From NCBI GenBank assembly GCA_964439835.1, contig CAYTPQ010000003.1, positions 55,468 to 119,467 of the forward strand: 64,000 nt of DNA, written 5' to 3'. The notes under the pieces are model-generated. The model made no database searches. It was given only the letters and a program-made list of their open reading frames with translations, and was not told the origin of the DNA. The stretch comes from an uncultured Ectothiorhodospiraceae bacterium (GTDB lineage: Bacteria; Pseudomonadota; Gammaproteobacteria; JAABTG01). Below are positions 49,026 through 58,169 of this stretch, one piece after another. The position numbers were made by a program, and so were the translations under genes. Numbering within the stretch: the stretch's first letter is position 1; each line of letters begins with the position of its first letter.

Positions 49026-50485
49026 GGCGCCCTGGCGGTGACGAGTGCGGAAGGCAGTGTGACCCGGAAGTGGGTCCCGGGGCCAGCGTCGTCAATGATG
49101 CGGATTTCCCCGCCGTGTGCAATGGCGCACTCGCGGGCGATGGCCAGGCCGAGGCCGGTCCCCTGGACCGGCCCACCCGGCTGGATGCGGCCCTGATAGA
49201 ACGGATCGAAGACCCGCGATCGGTCCGCGACCGGAATGCCGGGGCCTTCGTCCTGGACCTCCAGGCCCACGCCGTCCTGGTCCTCGCTCAGGCGGACGTC
49301 GATTCGGCCGCCCTTCGGCGAGTACTTGACCGCGTTGGAGACCAGGTTGTCCAGCAGGGCCCGCAGCCGGGCCCGGTCGCCCTGCAGCGTGATCGGCTCG
49401 ACGGCCAGGCGAAAGCGCAGCCCCCGGGCGAGCGCGCCGACCCGGTGGTCGGTCACGACCGCGCGGGCGAGCTGGTCCAGGCGCACCGGCTCGCGCCGGA
49501 CCTCTGCGCTGCGCACCTCCGGCAAGCGGCTGAAGGCGAGCAGGTCCTCAATCAGCTTCTGCAGGCGCAGGGCGTTGTTGTGCAGGATCTCTGTCACCTC
49601 CCGTTGCTGCTCGTTCAGCGGGCCCACCACCTGCTCGGCCAGCAGCTCGGCCCCTTCGCGCAGTGCCGTGAGAGGGGTCTTGAGCTCGTGGGAGACGTGG
49701 CGCAGGAAGGACTTCTTCTCCTCCTCCAGCTCGAGTAGCCGCGTGCGCAACCATTCGAGCCGCTCCCCGAGGGTTTCCAGGTCCCGGGGCCCGCGGACCT
49801 GAACCGGGGCGTAAAGCTCGCCGTCACCGAGCAGGCGAATCGCGTGGTCGAGCTGACCGAGCGGACGCGCGATCAGGAACAGGAACAGGCCGGCCAAGGC
49901 CACCACCAGAGGCACCACGCCAAGGGCCTGCCAGACCAGGAACTGCTGGGCCTGACCCGCCATCTCCCGCAGCACCTCGACACCGTGGCCGACGCCGGCG
50001 TTGGCCTCGGCCAGGATCCGGCGAGCCAGCTCCGCGAGGTGCACGAACTCGCCCACCGCGGCTTCGGACCGGCTGGGGTCCAGCTCCTGCCCGCGCAGGG
50101 TCTCGAACAGGCGGCGCTCGCGCTCGGCCAGCTCCTGCAAGCGCAGGCGGGCCTCGGCGTCGTCCTCCAGCGCCAGCATGTAGGTGACGGTGCCCTGGAG
50201 CTCGGCGTGCGTCTTGTCGTAGGCCGCCAGCCGCGATTCGTCCTTCAGGACCAGATACTGGCGGACGTTGCGCTCCATGCCGGTCAACTCGTCGACCAGG
50301 TTCCTGCCGCCGTGGGTGAGCTGGACGGTCCGGTAGACGGCGTCCTCGCTCTGGCGTGCCAGCCGCTCGACCTGCAGCGAAGCGAGCAGGATGGCCGCCA
50401 GCAGCGGCAGCGCCACCGCCAGGAAGCCGACCAGGACCAGGGTCAGGAAGGAACGCGGCCTGATGGACCGGATGACTGGCATCAT
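49022..50485 (-). CDS. Sensor histidine kinase (2 TM, periplasmic domain, HAMP, HisKA, HATPase; GlrK/QseE-like)
   Basis: Two TM helices flank a ~160-aa periplasmic domain. H-box (LRHVSHELKTPLTAL) and G-boxes (GTGLGLAIA). Start at the MMPVIRS Met pair. Confidence 0.8.
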   Translation of the reverse strand: MMPVIRSIRPRSFLTLVLVGFLAVALPLLAAILLASLQVERLARQSEDAVYRTVQLTHGGRNLVDELTGMERNVRQYLVLKDESRLAAYDKTHAELQGTVTYMLALEDDAEARLRLQELAERERRLFETLRGQELDPSRSEAAVGEFVHLAELARRILAEANAGVGHGVEVLREMAGQAQQFLVWQALGVVPLVVALAGLFLFLIARPLGQLDHAIRLLGDGELYAPVQVRGPRDLETLGERLEWLRTRLLELEEEKKSFLRHVSHELKTPLTALREGAELLAEQVVGPLNEQQREVTEILHNNALRLQKLIEDLLAFSRLPEVRSAEVRREPVRLDQLARAVVTDHRVGALARGLRFRLAVEPITLQGDRARLRALLDNLVSNAVKYSPKGGRIDVRLSEDQDGVGLEVQDEGPGIPVADRSRVFDPFYQGRIQPGGPVQGTGLGLAIARECAIAHGGEIRIIDDAGPGTHFRVTLPSALVTARAP

Positions 50486-50630
50486 GGGTGGGGGCAAACC
50501 GCCCGTTGCGGGCGCGGCTGGGGCGTCGGGCGGATCCAGCCACAGTATAGGGCCTCGGCGGGGCCACGGCCCGCGCGGTGCTACTATCCTCCCCAGAGTC
50601 CTCCGCAGAGGACCCCGCCGCGAGGTGACC

Positions 50631-51425
50631 ATGCTGCCCGACTTGACGGCCCTCGCCCACGTCGTCCGTGGGGTCGCCCGCGCTGAGCTGCTGCCGCGCT
50701 TCGGGCTGGTGGAGCGCCATCTCAAGCTCGACGGCAGCATTGTGACCGACGCCGACCACGCCTCCCAGGCGGGACTGCAGGCCGTGCTCAAGCGGCGCTG
50801 GCCGGGTTACGGGATGCTCGCCGAGGAATCGACAGCGGAGGAACAGGCCCGCCAGCTCGCCGAAGGGGGCGGGGGGCTGTGGGTCGTCGACCCGCTCGAC
50901 GGGACTAGCAACTTCGCCGCCGGTCTCCCCTACTTCGCCGTCTCGGTCGCCCTGGTGGCGGGCGCCGAGACTCTCGTGGGCGTGGTCTACGACCCGGTGC
51001 GTGACGAGTGGTTCGGCGCGGTGCGGGCGAGCGGGGCGTACCGCAACGGCGCGCCGCTGCCGCCCCCCCCACCGCCACCGCCCATGCGGTCGGCGCTCGC
51101 CGTGGTCGACTTCAAGCGGTTGCCCCCGGAGCTGGCGACCCGGCTGGCGACCGCACCCCCCTACGGCTCCCAGCGCAGCCTCGGCGCCGTTGCACTGGAC
51201 TGGTGCTGGCTCGCGGCCGGGCGCTTCCACCTGTACCTGCACGGCCGGCAGCGGCTCTGGGACTACGCCGCCGGCGAGCTGGTCCTGCGCGAGGCCGGCG
51301 GGCTGGGCTGCACGCTGGAAGGCGGCGCAGCCCCCCGGCCGTCGCTCACACCGCGGTCGGCGGTCGGCGCCTTTGACCCGGCCCTGTTCGCCGAGTGGAC
51401 CACCTGGCTGGGGGTGCCACCCTGA
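50631..51425 (+). CDS. Inositol-monophosphatase family phosphatase (SuhB/CysQ-like)
   Basis: Motifs VVDPLDGTSNF and WDYAAG. SD gaggtga before the ATG at 50631. Confidence 0.75.
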   Translation: MLPDLTALAHVVRGVARAELLPRFGLVERHLKLDGSIVTDADHASQAGLQAVLKRRWPGYGMLAEESTAEEQARQLAEGGGGLWVVDPLDGTSNFAAGLPYFAVSVALVAGAETLVGVVYDPVRDEWFGAVRASGAYRNGAPLPPPPPPPPMRSALAVVDFKRLPPELATRLATAPPYGSQRSLGAVALDWCWLAAGRFHLYLHGRQRLWDYAAGELVLREAGGLGCTLEGGAAPRPSLTPRSAVGAFDPALFAEWTTWLGVPP

Positions 51426-51606
51426 GCCACTTCGCGCCGCCCACCGCCCTGATCGCCGCCGGGGCTTAAAGGAGCAGCGGGCGGAGCCGCTAAGTCCGGG
51501 GCGACAGAGACCACGCAGACGCCCAAGAGACCCCGAGCGCCCCAACCGGCCGCGACGGGGCGAAGGCCCTCTGCCCATTCATGGGGTGGGATCGCTTCAC
51601 CGGCGC

Positions 51607-54042
51607 ATGGCCGTAACCGCAACCGACGCGACCCGACCTTGGCCGGAGGCCCAACCGGCGGCCAACGCCCATAGGGACGACGACCACCGCACGGAGCAGC
51701 TCCGGCTCCTCTACGCCCAGTCACCGGCACCGCTCCTCGCCAGCGTCTTCATGTCGGCGGTCACCGCGGGCGTGCTCGCACGCCAGGGACCCGCATTGCC
51801 ACTCCTGGGCTGGTGGCTCGCCCTCACGGTCGTGACCGTCCTGCGGCTGCGCTTGATCGCCCTTTTCAAACGCCAGGACCCGGCGCGCCAGAACGAGCCG
51901 CGGTGGCTGAACGCCTACCACTTCGGCGCCTTGGCCGCCGGGGTCGCCTGGGGTGTGCTCGCCCTGTTCCTCGACTTCGCCTGGCCGCTGCCCTACCAGC
52001 TCTTGCTCTACGCCATGCTGGTCGGCGTCGCCACCGCCGGGATCTCCAACAACGGCGCCCTCGGGTCCGCCTACGCGGCGTTCCTGGTCCCCTGCCTGCT
52101 GCCGCTCGCGATTCGCTCGCTGCTCGCCCCGGAGACGGTGCTCGTCACCATGGGGGTCATGCTCCTGATCCTCGGCGTGATGCTCCTCTCCGTCGCGGGT
52201 AGCTTCGAGCGGGCCCTGCTGCGCTCGCTGGCGCTGGCGAGCGACCGGGCCCGCCTGCTGGACCGGGTCTCGCGAGCCCACGAGGCGCTCGCGGCCGAGG
52301 CCGGTGACCGCAAGCGGGCAGAGGCGGAGCTGTTGCGCGAGAAGGAGCGCGCCCAGGTGACCCTGCACTCGATCGGCGACGGCGTGATCACCACCGACAC
52401 CGCCGGTGCCATCGACTACATGAACCCGAGTGCCGAGCGGCTGACCGGCTGGACCGTGGAGGAGGCAAAGGGACAGCCGCTGGCGCAGGTCTACCCCCTG
52501 CACGACGAGGCAACCCGGGAGCCGCTGGGGGGGCTCGCGGACACGGCGCGGCGGCTCGAGTCGACGCTCCAGGCGCGCGAGCCGCAGCTCCTGCGCCGGC
52601 GCGACGGCGAGGAGTTCGCCGTCACCCAGACCGTCACGCCGATCCGCGGCCCTAGAGGCGACGCACTCGGCTCGGTGCTGGTGTTCCGCGACGTGACCGA
52701 GACCCGAAGCCTCGCCCGCCGCCTGGCCTACCAGGCCAGTCACGACACCGTCACCGGCCTCCTGAACCGCCGGGAGTTCGAGGCCCGCCTGGCCCACGCC
52801 CTGGAGGTCGCGCACAACGAGGCGAGGCAGCACATCTGCCTGTACATGGACCTCGACCAGTTCAAGCTGGTCAACGACACCTGCGGCCACGCCGCCGGAG
52901 ACGACCTGCTACGCCAACTGGCGGTGCTGATGCACGGTCGTCTGCGGGAGTCCGACGCCCTGGCCCGCCTCGGCGGCGACGAGTTCGGGGTGTTGCTCGA
53001 GGGCTGTCCGCTGCAGCAGGGGATCGAGATCGCCGAGGCCCTGCGGGCGGGAGTACGCGACTACCGCTTCGTGTGGGAGGACAAGACCTTCGAGATCGGC
53101 GTCAGCATCGGTATCGTCGCCGTGACCGGCGACTGGGAGAGCGTCGGCAGCATCATGAGCGCCGCGGACGTCGCCTGCTACGCCGCGAAGGACCTGGGCC
53201 GCAACCGCATTCACGTCTATCAGGACACCGACCTGGACCTGGCCCGGCGGCACGGCGAGATGCAGTGGGTCTCCCGGATCACCCAGGCCCTCGGCGAGAA
53301 CCGCCTCGAGCTCTTCTACCAGGACATCGTCGCGGTGCAGAGCGAGACCAACCTGCGGCACTCCGTCGAGATCCTGGTGAGGATGCGGGACGAGCGCGGG
53401 GAGCTGGTGCCGCCCGGCGCCTTCCTGCCGGCCGCCGAGCGTTACAACCTGATGCCGACCATCGACCGCTGGGTCGTGCACCACTGCTTCCGCTGGCTTG
53501 CGGCCCAGCCGAGCCTCGAGGGCGTGCTGATCGGCATCAACCTCTCGGGGACGACGCTCAGCGACGACAACTTCCTGCCGTTCATCCGCGAGCAGTTCGA
53601 GCGCTTCCGCGTACCCCACGAGACAGTTTGCTTCGAGATTACCGAGACCGCCGCCATCGCCAACCAGGCGGCGGCTTCCCAGTTCATCCGTGAGCTCCGG
53701 GCGATGGGCTGCTGGTTCGCCCTGGACGACTTCGGCAGCGGACTGTCGTCGTTCGCCTACCTGAAGAACCTGCCGGTCGACTACCTCAAGATCGACGGCA
53801 GCTTCGTGCGCGACATGTTGCACGACCCCTACGACCGGGCGATGGTCGCCGCCATCAACGAGGTCGGCCACCGCATGGGCATCCGCACCATCGCGGAGTT
53901 CGTCGAGAACCCAGAGACATTGCACGCCCTGGCCGACCTCGGCGTCGACTACGCCCAGGGCTGGGCCCTGGGCAAGCCGAGGCCGCTGCACGAGGCCACG
54001 GCGGCTGCGTTTCGCCTGCCGCTGCAGCAGGCCTCCGCATAA
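51607..54042 (+). CDS. Membrane-anchored signalling protein: N-terminal multi-TM sensor domain, PAS, GGDEF and EAL
   Basis: About 7 N-terminal TM helices, a PAS region (HSIGDGVITTD), GGDEF (LARLGGDEFGVLL), and EAL-domain motifs (EILVR, FEITE, DDFGSG). The start is at Met-203 of the ORF-track ORF. Confidence 0.85.
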   Translation: MAVTATDATRPWPEAQPAANAHRDDDHRTEQLRLLYAQSPAPLLASVFMSAVTAGVLARQGPALPLLGWWLALTVVTVLRLRLIALFKRQDPARQNEPRWLNAYHFGALAAGVAWGVLALFLDFAWPLPYQLLLYAMLVGVATAGISNNGALGSAYAAFLVPCLLPLAIRSLLAPETVLVTMGVMLLILGVMLLSVAGSFERALLRSLALASDRARLLDRVSRAHEALAAEAGDRKRAEAELLREKERAQVTLHSIGDGVITTDTAGAIDYMNPSAERLTGWTVEEAKGQPLAQVYPLHDEATREPLGGLADTARRLESTLQAREPQLLRRRDGEEFAVTQTVTPIRGPRGDALGSVLVFRDVTETRSLARRLAYQASHDTVTGLLNRREFEARLAHALEVAHNEARQHICLYMDLDQFKLVNDTCGHAAGDDLLRQLAVLMHGRLRESDALARLGGDEFGVLLEGCPLQQGIEIAEALRAGVRDYRFVWEDKTFEIGVSIGIVAVTGDWESVGSIMSAADVACYAAKDLGRNRIHVYQDTDLDLARRHGEMQWVSRITQALGENRLELFYQDIVAVQSETNLRHSVEILVRMRDERGELVPPGAFLPAAERYNLMPTIDRWVVHHCFRWLAAQPSLEGVLIGINLSGTTLSDDNFLPFIREQFERFRVPHETVCFEITETAAIANQAAASQFIRELRAMGCWFALDDFGSGLSSFAYLKNLPVDYLKIDGSFVRDMLHDPYDRAMVAAINEVGHRMGIRTIAEFVENPETLHALADLGVDYAQGWALGKPRPLHEATAAAFRLPLQQASA

Positions 54043-54149
54043 CCGTCGAATAAACGACCCCGTCGTCATTCCGGCAAAGGCCGGAATCCAGACGAAACCG
54101 ACGTCTGGACGCCGACCGTCTGCCGGGCGGCAAGCCGCCCCGAAGCGTC

Positions 54150-55424
54150 CTAACGTGCAGCCGCCAGGGCCTGGTCGACGTCGGCCAGGATGTCGTCCAC
54201 GTGCTCGATCCCGATCGATAGCCTGACCAGGTCCGGACTCACCCCCGCGCGCGCGAGCTCCGCCGGCGAGAGCTGGCGGTGGGTCGTGGTCGCCGGGTGG
54301 CAGGCGAGCGACTTGGCGTCACCAATGTTCACCAGGCGGACCACCAGCTTCAGGGCGTCGATGAAACGCGCCCCGGCCTCCGCCCCGCCCTTGATCCCGA
54401 AGCTGAGGATGCTGGCGGCGCGCCCGCCCATGTAGCGCTGCAGCACGGCGTGGTCGGGGTGGTCCTCCAGGCCCGCGTAGCGTACCCAGCTCACCTGCGG
54501 GTGGCCCTGGAGGTGCCGGGCCACGGCCAGGGCGTTCTCGCAGTGGCGGTCCATGCGCACCGGCAGGGTCTCGATCCCTTGCAGGATCAGGAAGGTGTTG
54601 AAGGGCGACAGGGCCGCACCCATGTTGCGCAGCGGCACCACCCGCGCTCGGCCGATGTAGGCCGCCGGCCCGAAGGCCTCGGTGTAGACGACGCCGTGGT
54701 AGGACACGTCCGGCTCGTTCAGGCGCGGGAAGCGGTCGCGGTGATCGGCCCAGGGGAACCGGCCGCTGTCGACGATGGCCCCGCCAATGCTGTTGCCGTG
54801 CCCGCCCATGTACTTGGTGAGTGCGTGCACCACGATGTCGGCGCCGTGCTCGAAGGGGCGGCAGAGGTAGGGGGTCGGCACCGTGTTGTCGACGATGAGC
54901 GGCACGCCGCGGGCGTGCGCCACCTCGGCCAGCGCCCCGAAGTCGACGACGTTGCCCGCCGGGTTGCCGATCGACTCGCAGAAGACCGCCTTGGTACGGC
55001 TGTCGATGAGCCGCGCGATCCCCTCGACGTCCCGGTAGTCGGCGAAGCGCACCTCGATCCCGAGCCGCGGCAGGGTGTGGGCGAACAGGTTGTAGGTGCC
55101 GCCGTAAAGCTGTGAGGTGGTGACGACATTGTCGCCGGACTCGGTGATGGTGAAGATCGCGTAGGTGATCGCGGCCATCCCCGAGGCCACCGCGAGAGCC
55201 CCCACGCCACCCTCCATCTCCGCCACGCGTTGCTCGAGCACCGCGGTGGTCGGGTTCATGATTCGGGTGTAGATGTTGCCGGCGACCTTCAGGTCGAACA
55301 GGTCGGCCCCGTGCTGGGTGCTGTCGAAGGCGTAGGAGGTGGTCTGGTAGATGGGCACCGCCACCGCCTTGGTCGTCGGCTCTGGCGCGTACCCGCCGTG
55401 AATCGCAATGGTCTCGATCTTCAC
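54150..55424 (-). CDS. metY: O-acetylhomoserine aminocarboxypropyltransferase (O-acetylhomoserine sulfhydrylase)
   Basis: Cys/Met-metabolism PLP enzyme family, with PLP-lysine context (ALTKYMGGHGNSIGG). GTG start with a strong SD (gaggagggggagagg). Confidence 0.88.
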   Translation of the reverse strand: MKIETIAIHGGYAPEPTTKAVAVPIYQTTSYAFDSTQHGADLFDLKVAGNIYTRIMNPTTAVLEQRVAEMEGGVGALAVASGMAAITYAIFTITESGDNVVTTSQLYGGTYNLFAHTLPRLGIEVRFADYRDVEGIARLIDSRTKAVFCESIGNPAGNVVDFGALAEVAHARGVPLIVDNTVPTPYLCRPFEHGADIVVHALTKYMGGHGNSIGGAIVDSGRFPWADHRDRFPRLNEPDVSYHGVVYTEAFGPAAYIGRARVVPLRNMGAALSPFNTFLILQGIETLPVRMDRHCENALAVARHLQGHPQVSWVRYAGLEDHPDHAVLQRYMGGRAASILSFGIKGGAEAGARFIDALKLVVRLVNIGDAKSLACHPATTTHRQLSPAELARAGVSPDLVRLSIGIEHVDDILADVDQALAAAR

Positions 55425-55494
55425 CCCTCTCCCCCTCCTCGTGTAGAGCGTTCTGTGGTCCCAAGCGGGTAGGCTCCCGCCCGGCTCGCCAATT

Positions 55495-55692
55495 CTACCG
55501 TTCGGGCGGCTCGCCCGGGCGCGCGGGCGGCCCCGCGCCCACGACCGCGTCGGGCCCCTCGCCACCGGGCGGTTCGGCCGACGCCCGCCCTTGTAGGTCC
55601 CGGCGGATCCCCTCAGCGCGCCCCGTCTCCCGCCCGACGTAGTAGCCGAGCGCCAGCAGGCCCGCGCCGACCAGCGCCTTCACCCACAGCAT
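55495..55692 (-). CDS. Small hypothetical protein with one N-terminal TM helix
   Basis: ORF-track ORF only. Its N-terminus is hydrophobic and the rest is Gly/Pro-rich. Coding status is doubtful. Confidence 0.2.
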   Translation of the reverse strand: MLWVKALVGAGLLALGYYVGRETGRAEGIRRDLQGRASAEPPGGEGPDAVVGAGPPARPGEPPER

Positions 55693-55746
55693 GGCGACAC
55701 CTCCGCGCGTTCCGGTTCACACCGCCTGCGGGTAGACTAGCAGCCG

Positions 55747-55969
55747 GCGGGGGCGCGCGCTGGCAGGTAGCGTCCTACTCCAGGTCGCCCTGAGCTTCCT
55801 CATCCTGGTCGGCGTCGCGCTGATCGGGGAGGGCTTCGAGTTCCACATCCCACGGGGCTACATCTACTTCGCGATGGCCTTCTCGGTGGTGGTCGAGATG
55901 TTGAACCTCCGGGTCCGCAAGCGCGCGGCCGCCCCCGTGCGCCTGCACCGGCAGATGCCGGACGGCTGA
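55747..55969 (+). pseudogene. Remnant of a TerC-family integral membrane protein gene: only the C-terminal ~70 codons, with no start codon
   Basis: The open frame after a TAG reads ...LQVALSFLILVGVALIGEGFEFHIPRGYIYFAMAFSVVVEMLNLRVRKR..., which matches the C-terminal TM segments of TerC/YoaE-like proteins. There is no ATG/GTG and the N-terminal ~250 codons are absent. Confidence 0.4.
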
Positions 55970-55977
55970 GGGTTGCC

Positions 55978-56253
55978 GTGGCGAGCCTCCGGGTCAGCTG
56001 GCCCCACGAAAAGGGCGACGACCTCGCGCGCCAGGCCGTCGAGGCCGTGGCCCGCGACCTGCAAGGCCAGCTGGGGGCGTCGTACGCGTGGGAGGGCGCA
56101 GCCCTGCGCTTCCGCGCAACCGGCGCGAAGGGCTCGATCCGCATCGTGCCCGGCGCGGTCGTCGTGGAGGTCGACCTGGGCCTCGCGCTGCTGCCGTTCC
56201 GCAGCCGGATCGAGCAGGAGGTCCGCAGCCGGCTGTCCAGCGCCCTGGCCTGA
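55978..56253 (+). CDS. Small PHA-system protein (the 'putative polyhydroxyalkanoic acid system protein' family, ~90 aa)
   Basis: 91-aa ORF ...YAWEGAALRFRATGAKGSIRIVPGAVVVEVDLGLALLPFRSRIEQEV... resembles that family. Assignment is from memory. GTG start. Confidence 0.55.
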   Translation: MASLRVSWPHEKGDDLARQAVEAVARDLQGQLGASYAWEGAALRFRATGAKGSIRIVPGAVVVEVDLGLALLPFRSRIEQEVRSRLSSALA

Positions 56254-56267
56254 GGGGCGGGGGAGTC

Positions 56268-57038
56268 CTAGGGGCGCAGGCGCGCGGCCGGGTCCTGGCG
56301 ATAGAAGGCGGCGAGCTGGGCGTAGACCTCGGGGTAGGTCGCTTGCACGTCGTGCGGGTGCAGGAAAAAGGCCTCCGTCAGCACGGCGAAGAATTCCCCC
56401 GGGTCGTCCGCCGCGTAATCGTCGAAGGGGACCTCCTCGCCGCGGTCGACCCGGTGCCAGAAGTCTTCGTAGGCCCGCGTGAAGGCCCTGGTCCACACCT
56501 CCCGGGACATCCCCGCGTGGAGCGGCGGCATGCCGTTGGCCTCGCCGTTCAGGAGGTCGAGCTTGTGGGCCATCTCGTGGACGACGACGTTGCCCCACTC
56601 CTCGCCCTCGGCCCCCAGCTCGACGTCGGTCCACGAGAAGATCGCGGGGCCCTCCGGCCACGACTCCCCGGAGAGCTCCCGGTCCGCCTCGTGCGCCACC
56701 CCGTCCTCGTCCACCCACTCGTGGCGGGCGACGAACTCGTCCGGGTAGAGCACCACGGTGACCCACCCGCGGTACCAGTCGAGCCCCAGGTGGAGAATGG
56801 GTACGCAGGCCTGGACCGCGACGAGGCGGCGCATCCGGTCATCGACCGCTAGGCCGCCGGCCCCGTGGATCGACTTGCGGCGCAGGAAAGCAATCGCCAC
56901 CTCGCGAAGACGGGCCAGTTCGTCGGGGGGATACGCCTCGAGGAGTGGCAAGCGCTCCACCAGCGAGTCCCACTCCTGCCCGGGAAAGGTCTCGGCCCCC
57001 GACGCCCCGGTCAGCCACTGCTTGAGGTGCCCCAGCAC
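56268..57038 (-). CDS. mtfA: MtfA-like zinc metallopeptidase (peptidase M90; Mlc titration factor family)
   Basis: HEMAH zinc-binding motif, at MtfA length (~256 aa). Confidence 0.8.
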   Translation of the reverse strand: MLGHLKQWLTGASGAETFPGQEWDSLVERLPLLEAYPPDELARLREVAIAFLRRKSIHGAGGLAVDDRMRRLVAVQACVPILHLGLDWYRGWVTVVLYPDEFVARHEWVDEDGVAHEADRELSGESWPEGPAIFSWTDVELGAEGEEWGNVVVHEMAHKLDLLNGEANGMPPLHAGMSREVWTRAFTRAYEDFWHRVDRGEEVPFDDYAADDPGEFFAVLTEAFFLHPHDVQATYPEVYAQLAAFYRQDPAARLRP

Positions 57039-57143
57039 GGCGGTGTCCGTCAGGATGGCCGCCAGACCCGGCAGGCGCAGGCCGTCGCCGCGCCATCCGC
57101 CGGGCGTCCGGGGGGTCGCGCAAGCCGCGTCGCGCGACCCACC

Positions 57144-58169
57144 CTACGGAGCGCTCCCCGGCGCAAGCGCTGAGCTCGCAGGGGCAGGCGCACCCCCACC
57201 GATCTCCTCTTCGACCAGGTAGCCCGGGCGACCCTTGACCTCGTCGTAGATGCGGGCGACGTACTCGCCGAGGATGCCGAGGCTGATCATGATCGAGCTG
57301 CCAGTGAAGAGCAGGGTGATCTCGATGGTCGCGTAGCCGGAGACCGAGGTCCCGGTGAACCAGGACCAGAGCGTCTCGACCGCCACCACCACCGCGAACA
57401 GCAGCGTGAGGACGCCGAGCACCGTGACCAACCGCAGCGGCAGGCTGGTGAAGGACACGATGCCGGTCGCCGCCAGGTCGAAGAGCCGGGCGAAGGACCA
57501 GGCGCTTCGCCCCTTCGACCGCGGCGGGACGTCGAAGGTCACGGTGTCCTGGCGGAAGCCCACCCACCGCGTCAGCGCCCGGTAGAAGCGCTGGCGCTCC
57601 GGGAGCTGGCGCACGATCACGTCGACCGCCAGCCGGTCCAGCAGGGTGAAGTCCGAGGCGTGCCGCATCTCGATGCCGGCGAGCCAGCGCATCAGGCGGT
57701 TGAAGGCCGAGGAGGCGAGCCGGTCGCGGCGGCGGGCCCCGGACGCCTTGCGTTTGACCCCATGGACGACCCGCGCCCCCTGCCGCCAGCGCGCCACCAT
57801 CTCCCGGATCAGGGCCGGTGGGTGCTGGAGGTCCGCGTCCATGGTGATGACCGCGTCGCCCGTCGCCGCCCGCAGACCGGCCAGCAGGGCCGCCTCCTTG
57901 CCGTAATTGCGGCTGAGCCGAACCCCCCGTAGACCGGGGTAGCGGGGGAGCAGATCCCGCAGCCGCTCGAAGGTGCCGTCCCGGCTGCCGTCGTCCACCA
58001 CAATGACCTCGTGGGCGAGCCCGCACTCCCCCAGGACGGCGTAGACCGCGTCGAGCACGGCCCCCAGGCCGGCCTGCTCGTCTTTGGCCGGGATCACTAC
58101 CGAGAGTCGCGGCCCCTCGCCGGGGCGGGCCGCGCGAGCGGGCGGAACGGGCGAGAGCTGGGCCGTCAC
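57144..58169 (-). CDS. Family-2 glycosyltransferase with C-terminal TM helices (polyprenyl-phosphate hexose/HexNAc transferase; ArnC/GtrB/DPM1-like)
   Basis: GT-A fold motifs (LSVVIPAKDE, VVDDGSRDGT, DADLQHPP) and two C-terminal TM helices. A GTG start was chosen at 58169, and longer upstream starts are possible. Confidence 0.8.
   Translation of the reverse strand: MTAQLSPVPPARAARPGEGPRLSVVIPAKDEQAGLGAVLDAVYAVLGECGLAHEVIVVDDGSRDGTFERLRDLLPRYPGLRGVRLSRNYGKEAALLAGLRAATGDAVITMDADLQHPPALIREMVARWRQGARVVHGVKRKASGARRRDRLASSAFNRLMRWLAGIEMRHASDFTLLDRLAVDVIVRQLPERQRFYRALTRWVGFRQDTVTFDVPPRSKGRSAWSFARLFDLAATGIVSFTSLPLRLVTVLGVLTLLFAVVVAVETLWSWFTGTSVSGYATIEITLLFTGSSIMISLGILGEYVARIYDEVKGRPGYLVEEEIGGGAPAPASSALAPGSAP

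Noticed and set aside
46988-50485. The histidine kinase and sigma-54 regulator as the PEP-CTERM-associated pair PrsK/PrsR
   Set aside because: PrsK is a much larger multi-TM kinase. This kinase has 2 TM helices plus HAMP, and a QseG-like lipoprotein gene lies between the kinase and the regulator. That fits the GlrK-QseG-GlrR architecture better. The pair is also 35 kb from the exosortase-like genes.
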